64,000 nt of DNA, taken from positions 1,308-65,307 of the forward strand of contig JAFGOE010000013.1 in assembly GCA_016926625.1 (NCBI GenBank), in the 5' to 3' direction. Under the pieces are notes generated by a model, which was given only the letters and a program-made list of their open reading frames with translations, made no database searches and had not been told where the DNA came from. The stretch's first letter is position 1, and each line of letters opens with the position of its first letter. Both the position numbers and the translations under genes were made by a program. This DNA comes from Candidatus Zhuqueibacterota bacterium. GTDB lineage: Bacteria > Zhuqueibacterota > Zhuqueibacteria > Thermofontimicrobiales > Thiofontviventaceae. Shown piece by piece: positions 40,452-49,968 of the stretch.

Positions 40452-41190
40452 ATTTATCGTTGAAGTTGAACAAGCTTATGTCGTGTTCGATTCACATCAG
40501 GCACTGATCGATATCAATGTCCAAATTCCCCAAAATTCGTTTGTCGCCATTGTGGGGCCTAATGGCGCCGGGAAATCGACGTTCATTAAATCGTTATTGG
40601 GACTGGTGAATCTAACTTCCGGAACGATCAAGATCGATGGAAGGTCGCCACAAGAGGTCTCTCCGGGCGATATCGGTTATATTCCGCAAGTTAAGACGAT
40701 GGACAGGACGTTTCCTGCATTAGCCATCGAGCTTGTGATAACCGGTTTGGATTACCGCTGGCCCTGGAAACGTTCTCATCCGAATATCGATCGGGCATAC
40801 GAAGCGCTGCAGCGTGTTGGTGCCGAACATTTAGCGAACAGACAGATCAGCAAACTTTCGGGTGGAGAATTACAACGAGTATGCCTGGCTCGTACTATAG
40901 CCAGGGAACCTAAACTGGTCATGCTGGATGAGCCGGCAACAGGGATTGATGCGATTGGAGAGACCGATATGTACAATATGCTGGAGTCGTATCAGACATC
41001 GTCCTGTGCAACGATATTGATGATCACGCACGATTGGCATGCCGCCACGCATCATGCAGATTATGTGCTGTTATTGAATCGTAAACAGATTAGTTTCGGT
41101 CCTCCTGCCGAAGCATTAAGCGAAGATAATCTCCGTCTGGCTTTTGGTCATATCGGCCACAGTCACCGTTTAAAATTTTTGGTAAAATAA
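40444..41190 (+). CDS. znuC: Metal ABC transporter ATP-binding protein (ZnuC-like)
   Basis: The motifs are Walker A GPNGAGKST, signature LSGGELQRVCLAR and Walker B LVMLDEPATGID. The start is taken as the GTG overlapping the znuA stop; an upstream ATG at 40414 is also possible. Confidence 0.8.
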   Translation: MNKFIVEVEQAYVVFDSHQALIDINVQIPQNSFVAIVGPNGAGKSTFIKSLLGLVNLTSGTIKIDGRSPQEVSPGDIGYIPQVKTMDRTFPALAIELVITGLDYRWPWKRSHPNIDRAYEALQRVGAEHLANRQISKLSGGELQRVCLARTIAREPKLVMLDEPATGIDAIGETDMYNMLESYQTSSCATILMITHDWHAATHHADYVLLLNRKQISFGPPAEALSEDNLRLAFGHIGHSHRLKFLVK

Positions 41191-41191
41191 A

Positions 41192-42001
41192 ATGTCTGAA
41201 ATGTTCTCCTATCCTTTTATGCAACGAGCGTTAATAGCGGGAGTACTCGTCGGATTTCTGGCCAGTTATTACGGTGTGTTCGTTGTTCAGCGCGGACTTA
41301 GTTTCCTGGGTAGCGGTTTGGCGCATGCTGCATTCGGTGGTGTCGCGCTGGGATTGTTGTTGAATTCAGAGCCGTTATGGATCGCAGTTCCTTTTACCAC
41401 GATCATTGCAATAGCAATTTTCTGGGTTAAAAAACGTACGAATTTGGGCAGCGATACTGCAATCGGGATATTTTTTTCGATCTCCATGGCGTTGGGAATT
41501 ATCTTCCTCTTCCTGAAAACCGATTACTCCAGTGATGCATTCACCTATCTATTTGGCTCGATCATCGCTGTTACGAGGACTGATATATGGTCGACGGTGG
41601 TAATTACATTAATAACAATTATTTTTATCCCTCTGTGGAAACGCTGGGCTTACGTGTCTTTCGATCGTGAACTAGCGGAAACGGATCATCTCCCTGTCGA
41701 CAGAGACGATTATTTATTAGCGATATTAATAGCAATCACAATCGTCGTTGCCATTAAAGTGGTGGGCATTGTTCTCATCGCTGCGTTTTTAGTCATCCCG
41801 GCAGCGACGGCAAGATTGGTCTCGAGCACGTTTAGACAGATGACAATTCTCTCGGTTATAATAGGTATTTTCAGCGCATTGATCGGACTTATTGCTTCAT
41901 ATTATCTTGATGTGCCCAGTGGTGCTACGATTATATTGTTCCAGGCGATCCTTTTCTTCCTGGGAATGCTGCTTAAATCTTTGCGATTTATCATCGGGTG
42001 A
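41192..42001 (+). CDS. znuB: Metal ABC transporter permease (ZnuB-like)
   Basis: It has 8-9 TM helices of the ABC-3 family. It is 1 bp after the znuC stop. Confidence 0.8.
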   Translation: MSEMFSYPFMQRALIAGVLVGFLASYYGVFVVQRGLSFLGSGLAHAAFGGVALGLLLNSEPLWIAVPFTTIIAIAIFWVKKRTNLGSDTAIGIFFSISMALGIIFLFLKTDYSSDAFTYLFGSIIAVTRTDIWSTVVITLITIIFIPLWKRWAYVSFDRELAETDHLPVDRDDYLLAILIAITIVVAIKVVGIVLIAAFLVIPAATARLVSSTFRQMTILSVIIGIFSALIGLIASYYLDVPSGATIILFQAILFFLGMLLKSLRFIIG

Positions 42002-42332
42002 GAGGATATCAGTGTACGCATGCTTTAGATCTGGAGATCTTACTCAATATTCGTATCATTCCGTCTGATTTATAATTACTACACCTATTATGAAATCAAT
42101 AGCATTTTTTCAAAGAGTATTTAATTGTCATCATTTTACCAAGGCTGTCTTTAACATATCGCAGGTGATTTTCCCCACATCCGTCATGCTTATATTGAGA
42201 TGTTTCATCCCAGCTCATCTGATTGGTGATTTCCTGCTTCAGACCAGGAATGTGGCTTATAATAAGCACAAGTTGATTGTGCTCATGTATCATAGTTAAG
42301 ATTGATAGAGTGTTGATTTAAACCTGCACGAT

Positions 42333-43130
42333 CTACTGAATGCACCATTCCACCGCCAGTTTCATCATGTCCCATTCACTTCCCAGATCATCGAAATGAT
42401 CGAAGTATGACACACCATCTCGTTCACTATCCTCTTCATATTCAGGGTGAGTACCGGTCAGAAAAACACGTCCCTTACCATAGTCAAATGCGAGCAACGC
42501 AATTTCACCGTTAAGATGATATCTGCCGATGACATCGTATTCCATGTTGTCGTAGGGTTCAAAGTGAGGACTGTTATCATAGAGCATCCAGTCGCCTGTT
42601 TTTGAGAATTCCGTAATGGGGTGGGATTTGACATAATTGATCTGACACATAAATTGTTCTGTCGCAGTAACATCGAGCAGACTTTTATCGATGATATCGC
42701 CGCTGAATAATGATAGCATATTCGTCTCGTAAACAGCACCTGCTTGAATAAATCGGGTGCCCGCGTAAATAGCCCCTGCACCCGAGCCGATGTAATTGCT
42801 GCCTGAATAGATCATGGTTTTAATATTCGATCGACCTTCAGGTGAGATGTCATTTCGATATTTGTCCTCTATTCCCGCAGGGAAATAGAAGACATCGATC
42901 ATGTTTATTTTTCCCAGATTAATGATAGTTGCGTCAATAAATTTAACCGTATAGCCAATCCACTGAAACATTTTCTGAGCCGCGGTGAAACTGTCCTGCA
43001 ACGCTCCATCACCTACATAAACACCGATAGTGATGATACCGTCATCTTTAGGTGCCAGAATCGGATCATCTCCGCTGCAACAGAATAGTACAAGCATTGT
43101 GATCGCAGATAGACAAATTAAGTATCGCAT
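42333..43130 (-). CDS. Secreted/lipoprotein hypothetical, BPL_N / class-I glutamine-amidotransferase-like fold
   Basis: A signal peptide MRYLICLSAITMLVLFCCSG is preceded by a GGAGA RBS. The segments IGVYVGDGAL...FYFPAG...GSGAGAIYAG resemble the BPL_N domain. The ORF is open upstream to 43199. Confidence 0.35.
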   Translation of the reverse strand: MRYLICLSAITMLVLFCCSGDDPILAPKDDGIITIGVYVGDGALQDSFTAAQKMFQWIGYTVKFIDATIINLGKINMIDVFYFPAGIEDKYRNDISPEGRSNIKTMIYSGSNYIGSGAGAIYAGTRFIQAGAVYETNMLSLFSGDIIDKSLLDVTATEQFMCQINYVKSHPITEFSKTGDWMLYDNSPHFEPYDNMEYDVIGRYHLNGEIALLAFDYGKGRVFLTGTHPEYEEDSERDGVSYFDHFDDLGSEWDMMKLAVEWCIQ

Positions 43131-43338
43131 GAGTATTTCTCCGATTTTGATGGAGCGATTGGTAATTTTCTTCAGACGATTTTCGTTAAACATAGTCACC
43201 GTTTTTCAATGAAGGATGCGTAGCTTAGTAGTTAACCAGCTATACTCATCAAACCGAAAATAGGTGGTATTTGTTTCGATTGTGCCATGATTTTTTCAGA
43301 GCAGGGATGATCAGGTAATCGTCAGCAAAAGCGATGTC

Positions 43339-44109
43339 TTATAGCAAGTAATCTGTCTTAACATGTTTCATCGATTTATAAATATTCTCTTTTACCCTTT
43401 TATGGTCTCTTTCTAGCATCTTCAATATGTCTTTCACGACCTTTCGTTTGGAAGTAGGGCTGGTGGGACACCCGTTATCAAAAGAAGGGATCTGTTGCTC
43501 TCGGGCGTATTTTTTAATATCTTTTTCCCAAAGGTATGCGAGCGGGCGGATAATATAGAATTTTCCGCCGAACAGTTCCTGTTTCGGTTTCATGGTGCTG
43601 ATCTCTCTGCCGAAGAACATATTAATCAGCAGGGTTTCCACAATATCGTCTTTATGGTGACCCAGGGCGATTTTCGAACAATGGTAACGATCAGCAATCT
43701 CCAGAATACGCTTTTTCCTTATTTTAGAGCAGAGGAAACACGGGTTTAATCGATTCTCAGCGGAATGTGCGTAGGGACCGATGTCGCTTTTTTCCAGGAC
43801 GAATTCGATGTGATGCTTATCCAGAAACTCTTCCATATCAGCGAGCTTCTCTTGATTACGGGGATCGAATCCGAGATCGATATGTGCGGCCATGATATAA
43901 ATATCGTTGGGGATATATATCTTCTTCAAAGTCAGCAGCTTTAACAAGGCATAAGAATCATCTCCGCCTGAGAGGCATACCAATATGCGATCGCCGCCCT
44001 CGATCATCTGATAGTCGCTGACGGCCCGTTCCATATTTTTGCGAAGAAATTCCTGTAAGTTCCGCTTCATGATCTTTTTAATGTGCTGATGAAAAATCAC
44101 TGGTCGCAT
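43339..44109 (-). CDS. ttcA: tRNA 2-thiocytidine(32) synthetase TtcA-like PP-loop ATPase
   Basis: The PP-loop reads ILVCLSGGDDSYALL. The CFLCSKIRK and Cys-x2-Cys motifs are typical of TtcA. The start may be the internal Met at 44070. Confidence 0.75.
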   Translation of the reverse strand: MRPVIFHQHIKKIMKRNLQEFLRKNMERAVSDYQMIEGGDRILVCLSGGDDSYALLKLLTLKKIYIPNDIYIMAAHIDLGFDPRNQEKLADMEEFLDKHHIEFVLEKSDIGPYAHSAENRLNPCFLCSKIRKKRILEIADRYHCSKIALGHHKDDIVETLLINMFFGREISTMKPKQELFGGKFYIIRPLAYLWEKDIKKYAREQQIPSFDNGCPTSPTSKRKVVKDILKMLERDHKRVKENIYKSMKHVKTDYLL

Positions 44110-44118
44110 AATGGATCA

Positions 44119-44144
44119 TAGCGATTCGCTATCACGAATCGCTA
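44119..44144 (-). other. Stem-loop (10-bp stem TAGCGATTCG/CGAATCGCTA, 6-nt loop) between sod stop and ttcA start
   Basis: This was read directly from the sequence. There is no U-tract. Confidence 0.3.
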
Positions 44145-44159
44145 CGATCCTGACGATTG

Positions 44160-44900
44160 TTAGAAAAGTTTTTCGTAACGCGCGGCGACATCCTGCCAAT
44201 TGATAATATCGAATAGTTTATCCACATAGGCGGCGCGTGCATTCTGATATTTAAGATAATAGGCATGTTCCCAAACATCGATCACGAGCAATGGCATAGC
44301 ACCCCATTGGGTGAGGTTTTGATGGATTTCGGACTGCAAAATCACGAGTCGCTGGAAGATTGGCTGATAGGCCAATATACCCCAGCCGCTTCCTTCGACA
44401 GATTTTGATGCGGCGGATAATTGAGCCTTGAGTGTATCGAAATTACCAAATTCAGCGTTTATTGCGTCCGCAAGTTTCCCCGCAGGCGTACCACCACCCT
44501 GGGGTGAAAGATTTTCCCAATAGATTGTATGAAGTATATGTCCTGATCCATGAAATGCCAGTTCTTTTGACCAGTGTTTGACCATAGCGAAATCGCCTTC
44601 GGCCCGTGCTTTCGCCATCATATTTTCGGCATGATTCAATCCTCTTACATAACCCGCATGATGTTTATCATGGTGCAGTGTCACGGTCTCAACATCGATC
44701 ACCGGCTCGAGGGCATCGTAGGCATAAGGTAGTGGTGGCAACAGATGATTACCCTGTGGTATCATCGTTGTTGCTCTGATTGTTTTCTCTTTTAAGGCGG
44801 TGTCCTGGGCTTTCAATCCCGATGAGATTGCTGAACCCAGCACGATAGCCCCACCGCCGATACTCAACTGCTTTAAAAATTCTCTTCGGCCTTTCGACAT
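44160..44900 (-). CDS. Fe/Mn-family superoxide dismutase with twin-arginine (Tat) signal peptide
   Basis: The N-terminus GRREFLKQLSIGGGAIVLG is the Tat consensus S/T-R-R-x-F-L-K. The SOD motifs LPYAYDALEP..HHDKHH and DVWEHAYY are present. Confidence 0.9.
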   Translation of the reverse strand: MSKGRREFLKQLSIGGGAIVLGSAISSGLKAQDTALKEKTIRATTMIPQGNHLLPPLPYAYDALEPVIDVETVTLHHDKHHAGYVRGLNHAENMMAKARAEGDFAMVKHWSKELAFHGSGHILHTIYWENLSPQGGGTPAGKLADAINAEFGNFDTLKAQLSAASKSVEGSGWGILAYQPIFQRLVILQSEIHQNLTQWGAMPLLVIDVWEHAYYLKYQNARAAYVDKLFDIINWQDVAARYEKLF

Positions 44901-44969
44901 GAAAACCTCACTTGTTTTATTTAATCGGTTAAAATTAATTATTGATTCTGTGTTCCAGTTTTGGTCAAT

Positions 44970-46142
44970 TTAAAATCCCCCGGTCAGGCCAAATGTCATT
45001 CGATTGACTTCGTATTCGATATCCCGTGTGTATTCGGCGATAAGCCTTAAATTTCGTGATAACAGGTACGTGCCGCTCAGCGTCGCCGTCTCATAGGGAT
45101 ACAGATCTGATTCGATCTTATTGTACAGTCCCGTGAAATAGAACCTTGATCGATCTAATTGCGGAGCGTATATCAATTCGGCGATATAGCCTTTGGCATC
45201 AAATTCGGTCGCATCATCGGCAAACAACGGATTGGTATCTTTTCTCTCCAGATATTGACCCGTGAACTCAAGCGGACCGACGCTTACGTTGATGTCGGGT
45301 CCCCAATAGGTGATTTCATTTTTCAATTGGGAACCTACTTCCTTTTCTTTGCCCTGATAAAAATACGCGCCGATGCTCATAAAATCGCCGATACCCTCAC
45401 TGATTCTAAACCCGAAATTTTTGTAATCATCGTTGTCAAATTTTAAATCGTCTCCTGCCTCATCTTTCCCATTGCCATTGACAACGAAAGCAATCAGGTC
45501 GGTACCTGTTTTTTCGATGCCATAGACCAGCATGATACCGCGATCGTAGGCGAGATTCGTGCCCGAGTGACCGAACCTTGTCTTGTAGAACACATAATCC
45601 TCGAAGGTCAGGCGCAATTCTCTCTTCATCAGGGGATCAGACGTCTGGAACTGGCCCACCATAATGTCAAGCGGGGTGCTGAAGACATTATCGAAATGTA
45701 TATAGGCATCTTCGATACCGGCGACTTCCCCGCGTTCTGACATATAAAAATAGAAATAATATCCGATGCTTTTATAGAGAGTTCCGCCTGACATTAGTTT
45801 TAATCCCCAGGGAATTTGCAGGTCCTTTTCAACCTCCTGATCCTGATCAAAGTGAGCATAAGCGTCGAAGCGCACGGCGAGAGGGAATTCCTTGTTCAGC
45901 CATAACAGTTCATCGCCAGCGGTTACGTAATCGCGTTCCTGCTCATCTTCGACGATAATAAATCCATTTCCGGCAAATTCGTCACCATACGGTTTCAATT
46001 TTGGAAACGGAGCATGGCAGGTATTACACGATATCTTATATCGACGGGCAAAGGCGGGGATAGCTCCCGATTCATCGACGATGATTAAATTGATGGTTAG
46101 GAATAAGATCAGCAGCGTGAAAACAAACAATTTACTTCTCAT
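44970..46142 (-). CDS. Cyc2-like fused monoheme cytochrome c / outer-membrane beta-barrel porin
   Basis: A GGAGGG RBS and a signal peptide are present. The motif IPAFARRYKISCNTCH has CxxCH at 46014-46028, directly after signal cleavage; this is the PxFARxY-CxxCH pattern described for Cyc2. The rest of the protein has alternating amphipathic beta-strand character and ends in a C-terminal Phe. Confidence 0.6.
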   Translation of the reverse strand: MRSKLFVFTLLILFLTINLIIVDESGAIPAFARRYKISCNTCHAPFPKLKPYGDEFAGNGFIIVEDEQERDYVTAGDELLWLNKEFPLAVRFDAYAHFDQDQEVEKDLQIPWGLKLMSGGTLYKSIGYYFYFYMSERGEVAGIEDAYIHFDNVFSTPLDIMVGQFQTSDPLMKRELRLTFEDYVFYKTRFGHSGTNLAYDRGIMLVYGIEKTGTDLIAFVVNGNGKDEAGDDLKFDNDDYKNFGFRISEGIGDFMSIGAYFYQGKEKEVGSQLKNEITYWGPDINVSVGPLEFTGQYLERKDTNPLFADDATEFDAKGYIAELIYAPQLDRSRFYFTGLYNKIESDLYPYETATLSGTYLLSRNLRLIAEYTRDIEYEVNRMTFGLTGGF

Positions 46143-46165
46143 CAGACACCCTCCTAAATAATTCG

Positions 46166-47512
46166 TTACTCATATACTTCCACCCATGTTTCGGCAGAAT
46201 TGACAGGGATAATTTCGCTTTCATCCTCAGGCACATTGAGGAAATCGGCGACCGGTTTTACTAATTTCTGATAGTTTAATTGAGCCTTGAAATGGACTTT
46301 CCCGATGGCGATGTCATCCGGTAGCGGCCACGTAAATGTCTCGATCTTGGTTTCACGGGGACCGATCCTGTAATCGACGCCGAGTGATTTCGTGTTCCAC
46401 TGCATGATGGTCATGCGACCTTCGGGATCAAAATACGGCATTCTGAAGATACGATCTCCAAACGGCACACCATCACGTTGTATTCCTTGAAAATTCGGAA
46501 TCCGTTTGGGTATGCCCAGATCTTGATAAGCTAACACATCGGAGGAGATGGTATATTCTTCGCCTGCAAAACCTTTCTTATCGACTTTCAGATGATATTC
46601 CTTGCCTTCAGCATCGGTAGCGGTGACGTGGAGCCATAAAATACGATCTTCAACAGAACCTGAGGGAATTTTATGCCCTGCTTTGGCATTGAACAGTTGG
46701 ACTTTTAGCACGATGGTGTCGTCGTATTCGATCTCGCGTTCCTCGGGATGCATCCTCAACTCAATGGATCCGCCCACTTTACCGCGATCATGGGCACCGT
46801 GGAACAGATGCTGTGAGACGGTATCGATCTCGGCCATGGTTGCGTTTTTACCCAGTGCCCTTGGCATGTGACATTGGTGACAGGGGACTCCCTCTTTCGC
46901 ATAAGGCCCTTCTTTCCATTCGATTTGTGTTGATTTGACATAGACATCGAACGGACTCTTCTCGTTATGGCAATTGGCACAATATTCCGTTTGTGTATAG
47001 AATTCTTTGTACGCTGTCTCATGGTGTGGTGAGACGGCACCGGGTTTATTGCCGTATTTTACGCGACCAGGCTGTGAGACGTAGCTGAAATTGTACGGAA
47101 TATCTCCTTTGTAACCCGAGATCGTATGGCACACATCGCAGCTTACACTTTCGTTGGCGCGGGAATTTTTTTCCGGGCGTGGCGGGGGAACATCACCGGC
47201 CAGATACGCCATGGGGGTGTGGCAACCATTACATCCGTGCGAAGCGGACAAGAACCTTTCATCCACTTTGGCGTGTTCGACTGCCAGATCGAAATATTCG
47301 ATCTCATCCCAGTGATGGGTGTAGGCTTGTGCCATCATGGATTGTGTCCATTGTTGATAGATATCGACGTGACAGCTCTTGCATGTTTTGGGATTCTCGA
47401 ACTGGTCGTAACTCTTGGTGCCCATCGCCTCTTCCCCCGAGGGTAAATCTTGAGCAAGCATTGTCAAACTTGATAACAAAATGACTAATACAAAAATAAT
47501 GAGATATCTCAT
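46166..47512 (-). CDS. Periplasmic pentaheme c-type cytochrome
   Basis: The start is set at MRYLIIF with a GGAGGAGG RBS immediately upstream. A signal peptide is present. There are five CxxCH motifs: CKSCH, CNGCH, CDVCH, CANCH and CHQCH. The C-terminal half of about 230 aa has no heme motifs. Confidence 0.8.
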   Translation of the reverse strand: MRYLIIFVLVILLSSLTMLAQDLPSGEEAMGTKSYDQFENPKTCKSCHVDIYQQWTQSMMAQAYTHHWDEIEYFDLAVEHAKVDERFLSASHGCNGCHTPMAYLAGDVPPPRPEKNSRANESVSCDVCHTISGYKGDIPYNFSYVSQPGRVKYGNKPGAVSPHHETAYKEFYTQTEYCANCHNEKSPFDVYVKSTQIEWKEGPYAKEGVPCHQCHMPRALGKNATMAEIDTVSQHLFHGAHDRGKVGGSIELRMHPEEREIEYDDTIVLKVQLFNAKAGHKIPSGSVEDRILWLHVTATDAEGKEYHLKVDKKGFAGEEYTISSDVLAYQDLGIPKRIPNFQGIQRDGVPFGDRIFRMPYFDPEGRMTIMQWNTKSLGVDYRIGPRETKIETFTWPLPDDIAIGKVHFKAQLNYQKLVKPVADFLNVPEDESEIIPVNSAETWVEVYE

Positions 47513-47691
47513 GCCTCCTCCGCTAGGAAAAAATGATGTGAAGTTTTTATTTGCATTAAAAATGGTGTTTTTTATTCTAATTTTGAGATTAGTGTTCCGA
47601 TTCATTGTGATAATTTAATATACAACATATTGATGATAAATCAAGTATTTTCTGACCAAAAAAAGGAAATATTTCGGCTCACATCAGGAGA

Positions 47692-48681
47692 TTATAACCT
47701 GATCATCTTGGGAATGAAATGACGAATAAACGAATGATACGTTACTCGTTTTTTCAATTTTTCGATCAATTCACGGGAGAGTACCAGTTCTGCTGCCTGT
47801 TCTCCGACGGTGATCAGTTCTTTCGCTCTGGTAAAATCGGTCAGTTTATATTGATCCGTATTCGGGCGGATGAGTATATCTGGCGGAGACGAGTCGAGTC
47901 GCAGATTTAAAAGCGTATTGGCCATGATGATACTGACTCGATTCATATGCTGTGTCAGAGCGATGGAATTTTCCTTGAATGATTTTTTATTTTCTTGATT
48001 TTTCTCCTCGATCAGAGTAGTGTTAATGGATAAGTCGCTAGACAATTGATCGAATTGTGATCCTGGTACCGGCGTGTAGACTACAGATGCATTCTGTTGA
48101 TTGATTTTTGCGGTAAATTGATTGATATTTCGGGTAACGACGACGGCGATCACTATATCGGCGCCAAGCTTCCTGGCGATGTCGATGGGGACCGGATTGA
48201 CGACGCCGCCATCGACCAGATATTGTCCATTGATCTTGACCGGAGAGAAGAAGAGTGGTATAGACATACTCGCTCTGAGTGCATCGATCAGAGAACCTTT
48301 CTCCAGAACGATTTCTTCCCCGCTATGAAAATCAGTGGCGACACAGGCGAATTTTTTATCCAATTGTTCGATGATATGATCACCGAACCTGGATTTCATA
48401 AAATCTTTAATATTTTCACCATCGAAGAGGCCTTGTAATTGCAGGCGACTGGGAGCGATCATCTTGAGAATCTGAAACCAATTGATATCACAGAATGCTC
48501 TCTCCATCTCTTGCAGGCTGATTCCTGCCGCATAGGCACCACCGATGATGGCACCCATGCTGGTTCCTACGATAATATCGATGGGGATGCCAATTCTTTC
48601 AATGACCTTGAGGATGCCGATGTGTGATAGTCCTCTGGCCGCTCCGCTACCCAGGACGAGTCCGATATTAATTTTTGACAT
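47692..48681 (-). CDS. Patatin-like phospholipase (RssA-like)
   Basis: The motifs are GSGAARGLSHIGILKV (oxyanion GGxR/K), the nucleophile elbow GTSMG and the DGG catalytic Asp. Confidence 0.85.
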   Translation of the reverse strand: MSKINIGLVLGSGAARGLSHIGILKVIERIGIPIDIIVGTSMGAIIGGAYAAGISLQEMERAFCDINWFQILKMIAPSRLQLQGLFDGENIKDFMKSRFGDHIIEQLDKKFACVATDFHSGEEIVLEKGSLIDALRASMSIPLFFSPVKINGQYLVDGGVVNPVPIDIARKLGADIVIAVVVTRNINQFTAKINQQNASVVYTPVPGSQFDQLSSDLSINTTLIEEKNQENKKSFKENSIALTQHMNRVSIIMANTLLNLRLDSSPPDILIRPNTDQYKLTDFTRAKELITVGEQAAELVLSRELIEKLKKRVTYHSFIRHFIPKMIRL

Positions 48682-48744
48682 GATGATTCCTTGATATAAT
48701 AGGTGCTGATTCTGATTTCAATTTCAATCCCGTGTCATTAAATA

Positions 48745-49968
48745 TCAATTTAGATGTTGGTTGATGAGTTCCAGGTAGTCGATCAGTATTCGGGTAATGA
48801 GAAATTTTTCCCGCACGTATTCCTTACCCGCCGTACCGATGCGATGAGCCAACTCATCGTTGTTTATCAGCTCTATGATTTGTTCTGCAAATCCATCGTA
48901 ATCATGAGGATCGTACAAGAAACCATTGATGCCGTGTTCGATCTGCAGCGGGATGCCGCCGACTCGGGAAGCGACGACCGGAGTCTGTTTCCAAAGCGCT
49001 TCGGTCACCGTGAGTCCAAACCCCTCACGAATGGATTTTTGTATAATCACACGCGAAATCTGTTGAAGTACATTGACCAGAATATGGCTTTCATAGGTAA
49101 GTAGAATCAGGTCACCACTTTTGATCAGGTGCTGAGCGTCCTGTTTGACTTTCTCGTAAATTTTTAGGCCTTCCGGGTCATCAGAAGCCATGTTACCGCA
49201 GAGGATCAAACGGCAATCAATTTTCTTTTTGACCCGTTTGAATACGTTAATGACACCAATTGGATCTTTCCATTTATCAAACCTGGATATTTGAGTAATC
49301 AATGGTTTATCCGTCGGAATGTGAAATTTATTGATTATCTTTTTGATCGTCACATCGTTTAGCGGCTTATTTTTATGGGTTAGCGGATCGATCGCCGGGT
49401 TAATGATGTAATGTCTCATGGGAAGATCGTTTTTGTAGCTCTCATGCGATACGATCATAGAATCGTACTTCAATATAAAACCCTTCAAGTAATCCCACAA
49501 TTCTGCGTGGGGGTGAGAGAGGTCGATGTGACAACGCCATATCCACGGCTGACGTTTTTTATAGAATTGGATTAATGGTAACGGTTGTGGATCATGTATG
49601 ATGACCAGATCGTGATCCAGATGGGTGTAGGTAGAAAAATCCTCGTTAGCCTGCATATATAATTTTTTCTTTATCGTACTAAGATTGATCGAGTCACCTT
49701 GCAGCGCGTTATGAAATTTTTTTGTTATTGAGAAGAGATCATTCGAACCTCGAATGATTCGCCAGCCGGCATCAATGCCGGCATCGTTCATTAAAGGAAC
49801 GAGGCTGCTCAATATTTCGGCCACACCACCGCCGTAATAGGTTGAGTTGACGTGGATGACTCGTTTGCCATACAATCGGTTTGCCAATTTATAGATGTTG
49901 CTTATAATTCGATCGTCGACTATTCCTCTATAGTCATTTATTGATTTCATTGTCAAGTTTCTCCTCAT
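48745..49968 (-). CDS. GT4-family glycosyltransferase, trehalose synthase (TreT)-like
   Basis: The segments HVNSTYYGGGVAEIL near the N-terminus and the C-terminal Glycos_transf_1 EGFGLTVTEALWK are present. The ATG overlaps the otsAB stop (ATGA). Confidence 0.6.
   Translation of the reverse strand: MRRNLTMKSINDYRGIVDDRIISNIYKLANRLYGKRVIHVNSTYYGGGVAEILSSLVPLMNDAGIDAGWRIIRGSNDLFSITKKFHNALQGDSINLSTIKKKLYMQANEDFSTYTHLDHDLVIIHDPQPLPLIQFYKKRQPWIWRCHIDLSHPHAELWDYLKGFILKYDSMIVSHESYKNDLPMRHYIINPAIDPLTHKNKPLNDVTIKKIINKFHIPTDKPLITQISRFDKWKDPIGVINVFKRVKKKIDCRLILCGNMASDDPEGLKIYEKVKQDAQHLIKSGDLILLTYESHILVNVLQQISRVIIQKSIREGFGLTVTEALWKQTPVVASRVGGIPLQIEHGINGFLYDPHDYDGFAEQIIELINNDELAHRIGTAGKEYVREKFLITRILIDYLELINQHLN

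Noticed and set aside
42031-42044. AGATCTGGAGATCT repeat after znuB as a hairpin terminator
   Set aside because: Each AGATCT is self-complementary, and the two copies are direct rather than inverted repeats. There is no stable stem and no T-tract.
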